The position numbers and the translations under genes are program-made. Of a stretch of DNA of 64,000 bases, positions 1 to 10,751 are shown piece after piece (the stretch's first letter is position 1; each line of letters opens with the position of its first letter). Source of the DNA: an uncultured Pseudomonadota bacterium (GTDB lineage: Bacteria > Pseudomonadota > Alphaproteobacteria > JACZXZ01); assembly GCA_963749075.1 (NCBI GenBank), contig CAVVLJ010000021.1:32001-96000 (forward strand). The letters run 5' to 3'. Below the pieces are notes generated by a model. The model did not search any database, was not told the DNA's origin, and saw only the letters and a list, made by a program, of their open reading frames with translations.

Positions 1-744
1 GTCGATCACCTCGCCGCGCGAGGTGTTGACCACATAGGCGTGCGGCCGGATCAGCTTGAGCCGCCGCGCCGACAGCAGGTGGTAGGTAGCCGGCGTGTGC
101 GGGCAATTGACCGAGATGATATCCACATGGGCAAGCATCTGGTCGAGGCTCTCCCAATAGGTGGCCTCGAGCTGGCGCTCGAGGTCGGCGTGGACGCGGC
201 GGCGGTTGTGGTAGTGGATCGAGAGCCCGAAGCCGCGCGCCCGGCGCGCCACGGCCGAGCCGATGCGGCCCATGCCGACGATGCCGAGGCGCTTGCCCCA
301 GATGCGGTGGCCGAGCATGGAGGTGGGACCCCAGCCCTCCCACTTGCCGGAGCGCAGCAGCCGCTCGCCCTCGCTCAAACGCCGCGGCACCGCGAGGATG
401 AGCGCCATCGTCATGTCGGCGGTATCCTCGGTGAGCACGCCCGGCGTGTTGGTGACCGTGATGCCGCGTTGGCGGGCGGACGCCAGGTCGATATGGTCGA
501 CGCCGGTGCCGAAGGAGGCGATCAGCTTGAGCCGCGCGCCGGCGTGCGCCAGCACGCTCTTGTCGATGCGGTCCGTGACCGTCGGCACCATCACGTCGGC
601 GCTGGCCGCGGCCTCGATGAGCTCGGCCTGCTGGAGTGGCTTGTCATCCCGGTTGAGGCGGGCCTCGAAGAGCTCCATCATGCGCGTCTCGATCACGTCG
701 GGCAGCTTGCGCGTGACGACGACAAGCGGCTTGCGCGTTGTCAT
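1..744 (-). CDS. D-2-hydroxyacid dehydrogenase (glyoxylate reductase / D-glycerate dehydrogenase family), 3' end runs off the window
   Basis: Manual translation from ATG at 744: MTTRKPLVVVTRKLPDVIETRMMELF...SFGTGVDHID...VTNTPGVLTEDTAD...GIISGQLPAHTPATYHLL; absent from the ORF track because it has no stop in the window. Confidence 0.85.
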   Translation of the reverse strand, partial: MTTRKPLVVVTRKLPDVIETRMMELFEARLNRDDKPLQQAELIEAAASADVMVPTVTDRIDKSVLAHAGARLKLIASFGTGVDHIDLASARQRGITVTNTPGVLTEDTADMTMALILAVPRRLSEGERLLRSGKWEGWGPTSMLGHRIWGKRLGIVGMGRIGSAVARRARGFGLSIHYHNRRRVHADLERQLEATYWESLDQMLAHVDIISVNCPHTPATYHLLSARRLKLIRPHAYVVNTSRGEVID

Positions 745-937
745 GGGAGCCCCCAGCCTCCGGCCGTTGCAGGCCGCCGAACTCGCGCGTCCCGACCCGG
801 CGGTGAGGTGCGGGGTGCCGCTTGCCATAACAATCCGCAAGCGGCTTGTCCAGCCCTCTAGGCCGCATCGCTTGACCAGCCGGAAGCGGCACCGCTAAAG
901 AGGGAGGGTGGATCGCCCGCCTGCGGAAACTCTTGTC

Positions 938-1453
938 ATGCCTCGCCTCGCTCGACCACCGGCACCGGGGCTCGCCCTCGCCTTCGCCATGCTGCTGCTC
1001 TCCCTATTTGCCGGCGGCGGATGGGCGGGGGCAGCCGAATCGGGCCTGCCCGTGCCGCGCTTCGTGACGCTGCGCGCGGACAAGGTCAACGTGCGCGCCG
1101 GGCCCGGGCCGCAATATCCCGTCGAATGGGTGTTCGAGCGCAAGGGCATGCCGGTCGAGGTCATCGCCGAGCACGACAACTACCGCAAGATACGCGACAT
1201 CGAGGGCACCGTCGGCTGGGTGCACCAGAACCTGCTCTCGAGCCGCCGCGCCATCATCGTCAGCGGTACCACCCGACCCTTGCGGCGCGAGCCGCAGGAG
1301 GGCGCGCGCGCCGCCGCCATGGTCGAGCCCAACGTCATCGGCCAACTCCTCGTCTGCAAGGGAGCGTGGTGCCGCATCGACGTGAACGGCTACCGCGGCT
1401 GGCTCAAGCGCACCGAGTTCTGGGGCGTCTATACCGACGAGCCGGTCGAGTAG
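938..1453 (+). CDS. Exported SH3-domain protein (two bacterial SH3_4-like repeats)
   Basis: Signal peptide followed by SGLPVPRFVTLR..VNVRAGPG..YPVEWVF..WCRIDVNGYRGW; start uncertain (908 or 938). Confidence 0.85.
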   Translation: MPRLARPPAPGLALAFAMLLLSLFAGGGWAGAAESGLPVPRFVTLRADKVNVRAGPGPQYPVEWVFERKGMPVEVIAEHDNYRKIRDIEGTVGWVHQNLLSSRRAIIVSGTTRPLRREPQEGARAAAMVEPNVIGQLLVCKGAWCRIDVNGYRGWLKRTEFWGVYTDEPVE

Positions 1454-2069
1454 GCCGCGGCCGGCCGGACGAGCCGGCTAATCCAGAATCCTTCGCCAGC
1501 TCCGCGCGCACCGCCTCGGGGAGCACCGCCATGTGGCGGTACTCCGGATGGTCGAGCCCGAGCACGATCTCGGTGCCCGGCGTCTTGAACTTGGCGGCCT
1601 GCGCGGGCGTCAGGTGGAAATGGACGAACTGGACGGAGGAGGCCTTGCCCTCCTCGGAGGTGCGCTCGAGGTCCGCCTCCGCCTCGGCCTTCACCGCCTC
1701 GCCCGCGATGCGCAAGCTGGCGGTCTCCTCGAAGCCGCCGAGACGCGCGAGAATGCGCTCGCGCCGCGCCGGCTCGTCGATCTCGATCATGACGGTGGCG
1801 ACGAGCTCGTTGCCCTTGGGCACGAGCGGGTTGTAGGCGGCGAGCTCGCCCGGCACCTGCTCGGCGCCGCCCTTCTCGGCGAAGAGCATCTCGTGCACCT
1901 GGTGCCGCATGGTCTCGTAGCACTCGAAGTAGAAGGTGGCATACGGCCCCACCTCGACGCGCCGGCGGCGCTTGAGCTCGACGATCGCGAGGCGCTCCTC
2001 GCGCCGCACCTTGCCGTAGTCCGCCATCTCCATCAGGTCGACGGCGCTGAGCTCATGCTTGCTGGCCAT
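1404..2069 (-). CDS. DUF3501 family protein (rubrerythrin-associated); true stop may be at 1478
   Basis: RRVEVGPYATFYFE, AYNPLVP, GKASSVQFVHF and LDHPEY motifs; directly downstream of the FeS oxidoreductase. Confidence 0.85.
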   Translation of the reverse strand: MASKHELSAVDLMEMADYGKVRREERLAIVELKRRRRVEVGPYATFYFECYETMRHQVHEMLFAEKGGAEQVPGELAAYNPLVPKGNELVATVMIEIDEPARRERILARLGGFEETASLRIAGEAVKAEAEADLERTSEEGKASSVQFVHFHLTPAQAAKFKTPGTEIVLGLDHPEYRHMAVLPEAVRAELAKDSGLAGSSGRPRPTRPARRYRRPRTRCA

Positions 2070-2099
2070 GGCGGTCTCCGCGGCTGTGATTGGGCCGGG

Positions 2100-3443
2100 C
2101 TAGGCGCCGAGCCCGTAGGCCCGGGCGAGGAGCTCGACCGGATGGCTGACGAGGCGCGGTTTGGCGCCGTCGCCGTCCAGGCGCTCCATGCCCTGGGCGA
2201 TGTGCGCGCCGGCGAGCGGGCATTCGGAGGAGACGAAGGCCTTGCCGCCCTCCGCCGCCTGGCGTGCCGCCGGCCGGCCCACCTTGAGGGCGGTCGCGAA
2301 ATTGTCCTTCTTGAAGCCCCAGGAGCCGCCGTGGCCCGAGCAGCGCTCGATGACCTGCAGCTCGGTGCCCGGGATGAGGCGCAGCATCTCGGCGGCCTTC
2401 TGGCCCATGTTCTGGGCGCGCGCATGACAGGCGAGATGCACGGCAATGCCGCCCTCGATCGGCCGCAGCCCTTGCGCCAGGCCCTCGCGCTTGGCGATGT
2501 CGACGATGTACTCGCTCACGTCATAGGTGGTGGAGGCGAGGAGCTTCACGTCGCGCTCGCCGGGGAGGATGAGGGGCCATTCGAACTTGAGCATGAGGGC
2601 GCAGGAGGGAACCAGCGCCACCACGTCGTAGCCCTTGGCGATCCACGGCTTGAGCGCCGCGGCCACGGCGGCGGCGCGGCCCGCCACCTCCTTGAGCATG
2701 CCCTGCTCGAGAAGCGGCATGCCGCAGCAGCCCGGATAGACCACCTCGGTCTCGACGCCGTTCTTGGCCAGGACCGCGCGCGCCGCGAGACCCACCTCGG
2801 GATCATTGTAATTGACGAAGCAGGTGGCATAGAGCACCGCCTTGCGGCCGAAGGCGGGGGCCGTGCGGTCGACTTCGAGGGGTTCGTCCTTGGCGCGCAT
2901 CGCGAAGGTGGTGCCGGCGAACTTGGGCAGCTCGGCCTCGCGGTCGAGACCGGCTGCGCTCTCGAGAAGCGGCCGCGTGAGCTTGTTCGCGCGCGCGCTC
3001 GCCCAATTGGCAAGCGGGGCGGCCAAGTTCGCGAGCTTGCCGTTGCGGTCGGTCTTGGCAAGCGCGCGGTCGGCCGCGGCCGTGCGCCCCGCGTGCGCGG
3101 AAACCGCGCGGTAGCGCAGCATCAGATGGGGAAAGTCGAGGTTGAAGGCATGCGGCGGCACATAGGGGCATTTCGTCATGAAGCACATGTCGCAGAGCGT
3201 GCAGGCGTCCACCACCGGAGCGAAGTCGGCGCTGGCAACCGCATCGAGCTCGCCCGTGGCGGAGTGGTCGATGAGATCGAAGAGGCGCGGAAAGGAGTCA
3301 CAGAGATTGAAGCAGCGCCGGCAGCCGTGGCAGATGTCGAAGACGCGGCGCATCTCGGCCTCGAGCTTGGCCGGATCGTAGAAGTCCGCCTCCTGCCAAG
3401 CGAGCGGATGCCGCGTCGGCGCCTCGAGGCTGCCTTCTCTCAT
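2100..3443 (-). CDS. Fe-S oxidoreductase (GlpC/HdrD-like, CCG domains; rubrerythrin-associated)
   Basis: [11 protein letters not shown] and CTLCDMC...CP ferredoxin motifs, CCGMP, CHARAQ, CSGHGG. Confidence 0.88.
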   Translation of the reverse strand: MREGSLEAPTRHPLAWQEADFYDPAKLEAEMRRVFDICHGCRRCFNLCDSFPRLFDLIDHSATGELDAVASADFAPVVDACTLCDMCFMTKCPYVPPHAFNLDFPHLMLRYRAVSAHAGRTAAADRALAKTDRNGKLANLAAPLANWASARANKLTRPLLESAAGLDREAELPKFAGTTFAMRAKDEPLEVDRTAPAFGRKAVLYATCFVNYNDPEVGLAARAVLAKNGVETEVVYPGCCGMPLLEQGMLKEVAGRAAAVAAALKPWIAKGYDVVALVPSCALMLKFEWPLILPGERDVKLLASTTYDVSEYIVDIAKREGLAQGLRPIEGGIAVHLACHARAQNMGQKAAEMLRLIPGTELQVIERCSGHGGSWGFKKDNFATALKVGRPAARQAAEGGKAFVSSECPLAGAHIAQGMERLDGDGAKPRLVSHPVELLARAYGLGA

Positions 3444-3471
3444 CGCTCATCCTCGCCGGTCACGGGGAGCC

Positions 3472-3535
3472 GCCAGGGGAAACTGCCAGGGGAAACTGCC
3501 AAGCGAAACTGCCAGGCGAGACTGGCCGGGAAACT
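3472..3535. repeat. Five tandem copies of a 13-bp unit (GCCAGGGGAAACT consensus)
   Basis: GCCAGGGGAAACT x2, GCCAAGCGAAACT, GCCAGGCGAGACT, GGCCGGGAAACT read directly. Confidence 0.9.
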
Positions 3536-3563
3536 GGCGCTGTCGCACCCGACCGGGCAGCCA

Positions 3564-3588
3564 GGAGGGGGAGCCTGCCGCCCCCTCC
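3564..3588 (-). terminator. Stem-loop downstream of rubrerythrin (terminator or mRNA stabiliser)
   Basis: GGAGGGGG-N9-CCCCCTCC inverted repeat; no clear U tract. Confidence 0.5.
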
Positions 3589-3615
3589 CGCAGCGCCCGA
3601 CGGTGCCGTCTTTCG

Positions 3616-4035
3616 CTACTTGATCTCGTCGAGCGCCTTATGGAAGCGGCCGGCATGCGAGCGCTCGGCCTTGGCCAGCGTCTCGAACCAGTCGGCGATC
3701 TCCTCGAAGCCTTCCTGGCGCGCGGTGCGGGCCATGCCGGGGTACATGTCGGTGTATTCGTGCGTCTCGCCGGCAATCGCGGCCAGGAGGTTGTCCGAGG
3801 TCTTGCCGATGGGTTTGCCGGTCGCCGGATCGCCCACGGCCTCGAGGAACTCGAGATGGCCATGCGCATGGCCGGTCTCGCCCTCGGCCGTGGAGCGGAA
3901 CACCGCGGCCACGTCGTTGTAGCCTTCCACGTCCGCCTTCTGGGCGAAATAAAGATAACGGCGGTTGGCCTGCAATTCGCCGCCGAAGGCGGCCTTGAGA
4001 TTTTCCTCGGTCTTGGATCCCTTGAGCGACGCCAT
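3616..4035 (-). CDS. rbr: Rubrerythrin (short form without rubredoxin domain)
   Basis: [54 protein letters not shown] di-iron motifs. Confidence 0.93.
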   Translation of the reverse strand: MASLKGSKTEENLKAAFGGELQANRRYLYFAQKADVEGYNDVAAVFRSTAEGETGHAHGHLEFLEAVGDPATGKPIGKTSDNLLAAIAGETHEYTDMYPGMARTARQEGFEEIADWFETLAKAERSHAGRFHKALDEIK

Positions 4036-4167
4036 AGCAATCTCCCTTCGCATGCAAGTGACGTATGTCCAGCGGCCCGCCGCCTGTGATCCGCATCCTA
4101 AGGCGAGGCCCCGGCGGGCGGGCGCTCAGAGCACCTTATATGACCTCGTTGGGCGCCTTGTCAACGA

Positions 4168-4184
4168 ATTAGAATAATTGTAAC
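4168..4184. promoter_or_regulatory. Probable Irr-binding iron control element (ICE)
   Basis: ATTAGAA-TAA-TTGTAAC against consensus TTTAGAA-N3-TTCTAAA (3 mismatches), in the AT-rich spacer between irr and rbr. Confidence 0.65.
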
Positions 4185-4219
4185 AAATGCTCTATTATAT
4201 TGAAATTGACCGAAAACTA

Positions 4220-4636
4220 TCAGTCTTTTCGTACCCGAACGATCACGTCGACGCGCGCGATGGCGGTGCCCTCGGGAGGCGACGGCAGTGCGCCGACGGT
4301 CACTGCGTCGCCCGCGATATCCTGCAGCTCGCCGCTTTCCTCATTGTAGAAGTGGTGATGATCGGAGGTGTTGGTATCGAAATAGGAGCGTCCGGCGTCG
4401 ACGACCACCTCGCGCAGCAGCCCGGCGGCCGTGAACTGGTGGAGCGTGTTGTAAACCGTCGCGAGAGAGACCGGTATGCTGGCGCTGACCGCCTCGATGT
4501 GAAGCCTCTCGGCACTCATGTGCCGGTCGCCCTCGTCGAACATCAGTCGGGCAAGCGCCAAGCGTTGCCGCGTCGGCCGCAGGCCGGCGTTGCGCAGGCG
4601 CTCGAGGACCGGGGCGAACTGACGGGCTGCTGACAT
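4220..4636 (-). CDS. irr: Fur-family iron response regulator
   Basis: GLRPTRQRLAL, SLATVYNTLHQF, YFDTNTSDHHHF (Irr-type HHH motif). Confidence 0.85.
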   Translation of the reverse strand: MSAARQFAPVLERLRNAGLRPTRQRLALARLMFDEGDRHMSAERLHIEAVSASIPVSLATVYNTLHQFTAAGLLREVVVDAGRSYFDTNTSDHHHFYNEESGELQDIAGDAVTVGALPSPPEGTAIARVDVIVRVRKD

Positions 4637-4755
4637 GGGCCTCAAATCTGGGTCAAGATTTTCACGCAAAGCGAAGCAGATAGCCGGTACCCTGCCCTAA
4701 TCCTTGGAAAAAAGAAAGTCATCTTGCACTGCACCACGCCATTTGCCCGCGGCAT

Positions 4756-6153
4756 TCAGTCGCCGGTCAAGATGCGCTCGACCAGCTGGCGGACGGTGGG
4801 GATGAAGCCGTTGGCATAGAACGGGTCCTCGGCAAAGCGATAGGCGTTGTGGCCGGCGAACATGAGCTGGCTCTCGACATCGCCGCCGTGGCTGATGTGC
4901 TGCAGCGTCTTCTGGATGCAGAAGGAGCGCGGATCGGCCTTGCGGCCGGTGCTGTAGGGCTCGTTCTGCGACCAATTGGAGAACAGGCAGGCCGAGAGGC
5001 AGCCCATGCAGTTGATCTGGTCGGTGCGGATCTCCCGCGCCTTCTCCGGCGTCACGAAGATGATGGTCGAGTCCGGCGTCTTGAGCGCCTCGGTATAGCC
5101 CGCGGCCACCCAGGCGTCGGCGCGCCCCTTGTCGAGTGCGGCGAGATAGACGATGCGCCCGCGCGGTCCGACCGCGAAGGGCGTGTCGTGCTGGCCAACC
5201 GGCTCCATCGTGAAGGCCATCTGGCGCGCCACGCGCTCCTCGAGCTCGTGGAGGTACTTGTTCTTGACGGAGGAGGAATAGAAGCCGGTCGGGCTGAAGC
5301 GATGGAGCAGCACGTCGCCGCCCTTGAGCGTGGTCAGCCGCTGCTTCCAAACGTCCGAGATCGGGCTCTCCCGGGTGAGGAGCGGCCGAGTGCCGAACTG
5401 GAAGCAGATGGGCCCGAGCTCCGGATTGTCGATCCAGTCCTCCCATTCCCGCAAGAACCACACGCCCCCTGCCATCACGATGGGGGTGCGCGCAAGGCCG
5501 ACCTCGTTCATGAGCTCGCGCAGGGCCTTGACGCGCGGGAAGGGAGGCTCCGGCCTCAGCGGATCCTCGGCGTTGCTCAGCCCATTGTGGCCGCCGGCGA
5601 GCCAGGGGTCCTCGTAGACCACGCCGCCGAGCCAGTCGCGGAACTTGTGATAGGCGCGCTTCCACAGCGCCCGAAAGGCGCGCGCCGAGGAGATGATGGG
5701 ATAGTAATGGACGCTGTAGCGCGCGCAGATCTCGGCGATGCGATAGGGCATGCCGGCGCCGCAGGTGACGCCGTTCACGAGGTCCTTGGCGCGCTCGAGC
5801 ACGTTGTGGAGGATGGTCTCGGCCGCCGCCATCTCCCACAGGATGTTCATGTGGATGCGGCCCTGGCCCATGGCGCTCTCGTAGGCGACCTTGGCCTGGT
5901 GCACCGCTCCCTTGATCGCATAGGCGATGAGCTCCTCGTGGCGCTCGCGCCGGGTGCGGCCGTAATAGATCTGCTCGAAGAGATTGCCGGCCTCGTCGAA
6001 GAAGTCGGCATTGACGCCCGAGAAGGTGCCGACCCCGCCGGCCGCCGCCCAGGCGCCGGAACTCTCGCCGTTGGACACAGAAATGCCCTTGCCGCCCTCG
6101 ACGAGCGGCAGCACCTCGCGGCCGGAAATGAGAACCGGATTGAGCGTCCTCAC
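4756..6153 (-). CDS. Nitronate monooxygenase / 2-nitropropane dioxygenase-like flavin oxidoreductase
   Basis: LVEGGKG, TCGAGMPY, EDPWLAGGHNG, MAGGVW, FQFGTR. Confidence 0.85.
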   Translation of the reverse strand: MRTLNPVLISGREVLPLVEGGKGISVSNGESSGAWAAAGGVGTFSGVNADFFDEAGNLFEQIYYGRTRRERHEELIAYAIKGAVHQAKVAYESAMGQGRIHMNILWEMAAAETILHNVLERAKDLVNGVTCGAGMPYRIAEICARYSVHYYPIISSARAFRALWKRAYHKFRDWLGGVVYEDPWLAGGHNGLSNAEDPLRPEPPFPRVKALRELMNEVGLARTPIVMAGGVWFLREWEDWIDNPELGPICFQFGTRPLLTRESPISDVWKQRLTTLKGGDVLLHRFSPTGFYSSSVKNKYLHELEERVARQMAFTMEPVGQHDTPFAVGPRGRIVYLAALDKGRADAWVAAGYTEALKTPDSTIIFVTPEKAREIRTDQINCMGCLSACLFSNWSQNEPYSTGRKADPRSFCIQKTLQHISHGGDVESQLMFAGHNAYRFAEDPFYANGFIPTVRQLVERILTGD

Positions 6154-6431
6154 CCTTTCACAGCGCTCCTAACCTTAAGTGCCGACGGCCGCCGACGGCT
6201 GACCCCCTGGACCTCGATCGGTGGCGCGGCAGCAAAGGATATAGTGCCGTTCTGCAATGATATGAAGTGAAATCGCTGCTTTTTGAGCTCGCCGCCGGCC
6301 CCGGCTCCTCTCCCCCGAGGGCCGCACCCCGTGGTGGCCTATCGGAAAGCAGCCACAACACTTTGAGTTTGCGCCGCTTTCACGACAGGCGGGAGAGCGG
6401 CCGGCCATTCACAACCTCGCGAGGGCCGGGC

Positions 6432-7175
6432 CTAGAGGGCCGCCATGATGGCGTCCGGGGCGTCGCTGATGACGCCGTCGACGCCCCAGCCGAGGAGCTC
6501 GGCGGCGCGCGCCGGGCGGTTCACCGTATAGACGAGAAGCGGATAGCCCGCCCCTTTCACCGCGCGCACGCCCTCCGCCGCGATCCGCCGCTGATCGCAG
6601 ATCACGGCCGCGGCATCCAGCCGCTCCGCCTCGGCGCGCCAGTCGCGCGGCAAGGCAGCGACGAGATAGCCGCGCAGATAGGCCGGCGCGCGCCGCGCGA
6701 AATGAAGGAGCGCTGCCGTCTCGAAGCTGGTCACCAGCGGCAGCGGCCGCTCGCGCGGCCAGCGCCGCTCAAGCTCTGCGGCAGCCGCCTCGGCAAGCGC
6801 CTGCTCGCGGCCGCGCTCGGCCTTGAGCTCGAGATCGAAGGCGAGGCCGAGGCCGCCGAGTAGCTCGAGCGCCTCGGCGAGAGTGGGGATGCGCTCGCCG
6901 CGGTACTCGGGCGAGAAGACGGAGCCGGCATCACACGCCTTGAGCTCGGCGAGCGAGGCCGCAGCGACGGCGCCCTCTTGCCCCGTCACGCGCTCGAGGC
7001 GGTCGTCATGGAAGACGACCGGCACCTCGTCGCGGGAGAGGCGCACGTCGAACTCGACCCAGCGGCAGCCGAGCTCGGCCGCCTTCCTGAAGCCGGCCAG
7101 CGTGTTCTCCGGCGCGCGCAGGGCCGCACCGCGATGGCCGATCACCTTGGGAAGGCGGATATCCGGCCGGCTCAA
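6432..7175 (-). CDS. ugpQ: Glycerophosphodiester phosphodiesterase
   Basis: [40 protein letters not shown]; TTG start overlaps the pnp stop. Confidence 0.85.
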   Translation of the reverse strand: MSRPDIRLPKVIGHRGAALRAPENTLAGFRKAAELGCRWVEFDVRLSRDEVPVVFHDDRLERVTGQEGAVAAASLAELKACDAGSVFSPEYRGERIPTLAEALELLGGLGLAFDLELKAERGREQALAEAAAAELERRWPRERPLPLVTSFETAALLHFARRAPAYLRGYLVAALPRDWRAEAERLDAAAVICDQRRIAAEGVRAVKGAGYPLLVYTVNRPARAAELLGWGVDGVISDAPDAIMAAL

Positions 7176-9349
7176 TCGCCGCCGCCCGCCTCGCGCGGGC
7201 TGCCCTCTGCGCGCTCGCCCCGGCCCTCGCGCGGCTCGCTTGGCGGGGGTGCCGCCTCCTTGCCCGTCTTCTGGTCGACCACCTTCATGGAGAGGCGGAC
7301 CTTGCCGCGCTCGTCGATGCCGAGCACTTTCACATGGACCGGGTCGCCCACCTTGACGATGTCGGAGGGCTGCTTGACGCGGTAGGGCGCCATCTCCGAG
7401 ACGTGCACGAGCCCGTCGCGGCTGCCGAGGAAGTTCACGAAGGCGCCGAAGTCGACGATCTTCACCACCTTGCCGTGGTAGATGACGCCGACCTCGGGCT
7501 CGGCCACGATGTTGCGGATCCAGTCGACCGCGGCCTGGCTCGCGTGCTCGTCGACGGCCGCCACCTTGACGGTGCCGTCGTCCTCGATGTCGATCTTCGC
7601 GCCGGTGACCTCGACGATCTCGCGGATGACCTTGCCGCCCGTGCCGATCACCTCGCGGATCTTGTCCTTGGGGATGGTGAAGGTGGTGATGCGCGGCGCG
7701 TGCTTGCTCACCCCCTCGCGCGAGCCGGCGATGGCCTTGCCCATCTCGCCGAGGATGTGCATGCGGCCCTCGCGCGCCTGGTCGAGCGCGGTGCGCATGA
7801 TCGCCTCGGTGATGCTGGTGATCTTGATGTCCATCTGGAGCGAGGTGATGCCGCGCTCGGTGCCGGCCACCTTGAAGTCCATGTCGCCGAGATGGTCCTC
7901 GTCGCCGAGGATGTCGGAGAGCACGGCAACGCCGTCGTCCTCCTTGATGAGGCCCATGGCGATGCCGGCGACGGGACGCGTGAGCGGAACGCCGGCGTCC
8001 ATGAGCGCCAGGGACGAGCCGCAGACCGTCGCCATGGACGAGCTGCCGTTCGATTCCGTGATCTCGGAGACCACGCGGATGGTGTAGGGGAAGCCGTCCG
8101 CCGCCGGCAGGAGCGGGCGGAGCGCGCGCCAGGCCAGCTTGCCGTGGCCGATCTCGCGCCGTCCCGGTGCGCGCAGGAAGCTCGCCTCGCCGACCGAGTA
8201 GGGCGGGAAGTTGTAGTGCAGGAGGAAGCGCTCGCGGTACTCGCCCTCGAGCGCGTCGATGATCTGCTCGTCCTGTCCGGTGCCGAGCGTGGCGGTGACG
8301 AGCGCCTGGGTCTCGCCGCGGGTGAAGAGGGCGCTGCCGTGCGCGCGCGGCAGCACGCCGACCTCGGCCACGATGGGGCGCACGGTGCGCGTGTCGCGGC
8401 CGTCGATGCGCAAGCCCGTCTTCAGGATGTTGCCGCGCACGATCTCTTTCTCGAGCGGCTTCAAGAGCGAGGCGGCGAGGGTGGCATCGATGCCTTCCTC
8501 GGCCATCGTCGCGAGCGCCGCCGCCTTGGCGTTGGCAACGCGCTCGACGCGCGTCTGCTTGACGGTCTCGCGGTACGCCTCGCGCAACGGCGCCTCGGCG
8601 AGCTCGGCGAGCCGGGCCGCGACCCGCTCCTTGTCCGCGTGCGCCACCGGGAGCGCCCAGGGATCCTTGGCGCAGGCCTCGGCGAGCTCGATGATCGCCT
8701 GGATCACCGGCTGGAAGCTCTTGTGGCCGAACATGACGGCCTGCAGCATGGTCTCCTCGGCGAGCTCCTTGGCTTCGCTCTCGACCATGAGCACGCCCTC
8801 CGCCGTGCCGGCGACGACGAGGTCGATCTCCGAATTCGGCAACTGGTCCATCTGGGGGTTGACGACGAACTCGCCGCCCACGCGGCCGACGCGGCAAGCG
8901 GCGATCGGGCCCATGAAGGGAATGCCCGAGATGGTGAGGGCGGCCGACGCCGCCACCAGCGCCACGATGTCGGGATCGTTCTCGAGATCGTGGCTCAGGG
9001 TCGTGCAGATGATCTGGGTCTCGTTGGTGAAGCCGGCGGCGAAGAGCGGCCGGATCGGCCGGTCGATGAGGCGCGAGGTGAGCACCTCCTTCTCGCTCGG
9101 GCGTCCTTCGCGCTTGAAGAAGCCGCCGGGAATCTTGCCGGCGGCGAAGGTCTTCTCCTGGTAGTTCACCGTGAGGGGGAAGAAGTCGATGCCGGCCCGG
9201 GCGGTCTTCTGCGCCACGGCAGTCGCCAGCACCGTGGTCTCGCCGTAGGTCGCCAGGATCGCACCGTCCGCCTGACGCGCGATCTTGCCGGTCTCGAGCA
9301 CCAGCTTGCGCCCGCCCCAGTCGAGCTCCTTGCGATAAATCTTGAACAT
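7172..9349 (-). CDS. pnp: Polyribonucleotide nucleotidyltransferase
   Basis: RNase PH domains ([29 protein letters not shown]), KH and S1 domains. Confidence 0.98.
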   Translation of the reverse strand: MFKIYRKELDWGGRKLVLETGKIARQADGAILATYGETTVLATAVAQKTARAGIDFFPLTVNYQEKTFAAGKIPGGFFKREGRPSEKEVLTSRLIDRPIRPLFAAGFTNETQIICTTLSHDLENDPDIVALVAASAALTISGIPFMGPIAACRVGRVGGEFVVNPQMDQLPNSEIDLVVAGTAEGVLMVESEAKELAEETMLQAVMFGHKSFQPVIQAIIELAEACAKDPWALPVAHADKERVAARLAELAEAPLREAYRETVKQTRVERVANAKAAALATMAEEGIDATLAASLLKPLEKEIVRGNILKTGLRIDGRDTRTVRPIVAEVGVLPRAHGSALFTRGETQALVTATLGTGQDEQIIDALEGEYRERFLLHYNFPPYSVGEASFLRAPGRREIGHGKLAWRALRPLLPAADGFPYTIRVVSEITESNGSSSMATVCGSSLALMDAGVPLTRPVAGIAMGLIKEDDGVAVLSDILGDEDHLGDMDFKVAGTERGITSLQMDIKITSITEAIMRTALDQAREGRMHILGEMGKAIAGSREGVSKHAPRITTFTIPKDKIREVIGTGGKVIREIVEVTGAKIDIEDDGTVKVAAVDEHASQAAVDWIRNIVAEPEVGVIYHGKVVKIVDFGAFVNFLGSRDGLVHVSEMAPYRVKQPSDIVKVGDPVHVKVLGIDERGKVRLSMKVVDQKTGKEAAPPPSEPREGRGERAEGSPREAGGGD

Positions 9350-9522
9350 TTTTTCCTATCCTTCCGCTATCCGGCTCATTCCGGACCGCATTGCAAAGAC
9401 CCGCCGCGCGTCCTCCGGGAACCGGACCGGAACGCGGGTGTGGCCTACCCGCTCCATGCGTGCATGAGAGAGGGGGTGGCGCGTCAGCTGGGGGAATTCC
9501 CGCGGCATGGCGCGCATCGGCG

Positions 9523-9792
9523 TCAGCGGCGCAAGCCGAGACGCTTGATCAGCTCCTCATAGCGCCCGGCATCCTTGCCGTGCAGATAATCGAGCAGCCG
9601 CCGGCGCAGGCCGACCATCATGAGAAGGCCCCGCCGGGAGTGGAAGTCCTTCTTGTGGAGATTGAGGTGGTCGGTCAGGTTCTTGATCCTCTCGCTGAGG
9701 ATCGCGACCTGGACCTCGGGCGAGCCCGTATCCTTGTCGCCGTGGGCGAACTCGCCGATGAGCTCGCGCTTGCGCTCCGCGCTAATCGACAT
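9523..9792 (-). CDS. rpsO: 30S ribosomal protein S15
   Basis: [26 protein letters not shown]. Confidence 0.98.
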   Translation of the reverse strand: MSISAERKRELIGEFAHGDKDTGSPEVQVAILSERIKNLTDHLNLHKKDFHSRRGLLMMVGLRRRLLDYLHGKDAGRYEELIKRLGLRR

Positions 9793-9815
9793 CGCATACT
9801 CCTCGAAGTCCAGGG

Positions 9816-10751
9816 TTACACGTTGAGCACGCGCACCGGATGAAGCTGGAGGACGGGAGCGCTTTCGACCCGGACGAGCGCCACCGGCTTGCCGCCGGAA
9901 AGGGCGCAGATCATTTCGCCGTCCGCGATCCCGTCGATCTTCGCCTTGTCGGCGGTGCGCAGCACCTGCACGGGGCGTCCGCTCTTGAGGAGCTTCGCCT
10001 CGATTTCGGTCAGGGCCAGCGCCGGGATGTCGGCCAGCGCGGTCACGACCGGGAGCAGGTGCTCGAGTGCGGCGGGACTATGCCCCAGCGCCTCGAATTT
10101 ATCCAGGGAAATCGCCTGCGATTCCGAGAAGCCCCCGACCGAGAGCCGCCGGAGTGCCGCGATATGCCCGTAAGTGCCGAGTGCGGCGGCCAGATCCCGC
10201 ACGAGGCCGCGCATGTAGGCACCCTTGCCGCAGGCCACCTCGAAGACCGCATGGTCGGCGTCGGGCAGCTCCAGGAGGGCGATCTCGTCGATGCGCACGA
10301 CGCGCGCCGCAAGCTCCGGCACCTCGCCCGCGCGGGCAAGATCATAGGCGCGGCGGCCCTCGACCTTGATCGCCGAATAGGCCGGCGGCACCTGCTCGAG
10401 CTCGCCCAGGAAGCCCGGCAGCGCCGCCTCGATCTCGGACCGCGACGGCCGCCGGGCCGAGACGCGGGTCAGGGCGCCCTCGGCGTCGTCGGTCGTGCGC
10501 TCCTCGCCCCAGCAAACGGTGAAACGGTAGCGCTTGGCACCCGCCATGGCGAAGGCGACGGTCTTGGTGGCCTCGCCGAGAGCGATCGGCAGCACGCCGG
10601 TCGCCAGCGGATCGAGGGTCCCGGCGTGGCCCGCCTTGGCCGCCCCAAGCGCGCGCTTCACCCGGGCCACCACCGTGGTCGAGGTGAGGCCGGCGGGCTT
10701 GTCGATGACGAGCCAGCCGTCGACCTTCTCGCCCTTGCGCCTACGCGCCAT
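9816..10751 (-). CDS. truB: tRNA pseudouridine(55) synthase
   Basis: [34 protein letters not shown]. Confidence 0.97.
   Translation of the reverse strand: MARRRKGEKVDGWLVIDKPAGLTSTTVVARVKRALGAAKAGHAGTLDPLATGVLPIALGEATKTVAFAMAGAKRYRFTVCWGEERTTDDAEGALTRVSARRPSRSEIEAALPGFLGELEQVPPAYSAIKVEGRRAYDLARAGEVPELAARVVRIDEIALLELPDADHAVFEVACGKGAYMRGLVRDLAAALGTYGHIAALRRLSVGGFSESQAISLDKFEALGHSPAALEHLLPVVTALADIPALALTEIEAKLLKSGRPVQVLRTADKAKIDGIADGEMICALSGGKPVALVRVESAPVLQLHPVRVLNV

Noticed and set aside
3472-3535. Possible CRISPR array
   Set aside because: Units are 13 bp and contiguous, with no spacers and no cas genes.
3971-3990. Rubrerythrin GELQ instead of the usual GESQ
   Set aside because: Single TCG-to-TTG change beside, not at, the iron-ligand Glu; could be a variant or a base error.
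6154-6431. Possible tRNA or ncRNA in the 280-bp spacer
   Set aside because: No cloverleaf, T-loop (GTTCGA) or other recognisable structure.
6432-8897. Apparent 821-aa fusion ending in a GDPD domain
   Set aside because: The N-terminal part is an off-frame read of pnp; the real ugpQ starts at about 7175.
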